Assembly (NCBI RefSeq): GCF_002105155.1
Contig: NW_019028999.1
Coordinates: 124,001-188,000, forward strand
Direction of reading: 5' to 3'
DNA from: Lobosporangium transversale
Lineage: Eukaryota
DNA length: 64,000 nucleotides
The position numbers were made by a program, and so were the translations under genes. The number at the start of each line of letters is the position of its first letter. Position 1 is the stretch's first letter. Positions 63,666-64,000 of this stretch are shown here, one piece after another. The notes under the pieces were generated by a model. It ran no database searches, was not told the DNA's origin, and worked only from the letters and a program-made list of their open reading frames with translations.

Positions 63666-63697
<32 letters not shown>

Positions 63698-64000
63698 GTG
63701 GATTGGAGTGTTGGACTGATCTGATTATTTTTAATATTGCATTGCCCCATTGTTTACCTGTTCCCTTCGATCAACTCAGCCATTCCATATTCACCTTTAA
63801 ATATCCAACAAGCTTGGATGAAAACGTGGCTCAGCATCAGCATGATTACTCATCCGCTTATCTCTCCCTCCTCTATTCATTCTTTTTTGTTTTTAGTTTT
63901 TTCTTTTTCTTTTTCTTTTTCTTTTTCTTTATCAGTTGTAGATTGACGTGGCTCTCAACACTTAAACCTCAAAAATTAGTGGCGAAACGAATAAAAACCA

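Noticed and set aside
362..63946. Many short ORFs rich in poly-Phe or poly-Lys in the ORF track
   Set aside because: They are translations of poly(T)/poly(A) tracts or antisense shadows of real genes.

Overview
Eukaryotic, intron-rich fungal DNA. The gene content, GT-AG introns and very dense poly(A)/poly(T) tracts suggest an early-diverging fungus of the Mortierellaceae type; this is an inference, not a database result. About 22 protein-coding genes can be reconstructed: BTB/POZ (partial), NmrA-like, ZIP zinc transporter, NOP16, calcipressin, ERp38-type PDI, DCAF4-like WD40, A20/AN1 zinc finger, YOP1/REEP, prolyl oligopeptidase, PPG1 phosphatase, M13 neprilysin, a Cys-rich secreted-peptide precursor, ORM1, RPS22/uS8, NIT2/Nit3, glucosamine-6-phosphate deaminase, an EcKL/APH-like kinase, an SCPx-type thiolase and two large low-complexity ORFs. 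Most interesting is a prepro-protein with Kex2-type KR/RR sites that would release a 39-aa peptide with 17 Cys and 14 Asp in CCxxD repeats. It lies head-to-head with the neprilysin gene, with a 175-bp MITE in the shared promoter. Also notable are two candidate intronic snoRNAs in RPS22 (an H/ACA guide and a U13/snR45-like RNA), a possible poison exon in the ZIP gene, two 12-nt microexons, and a uORF overlapping the start codon of the last large ORF. No tRNA, rRNA or CRISPR features were seen. Exon boundaries were read by eye and may be off by a few bases.
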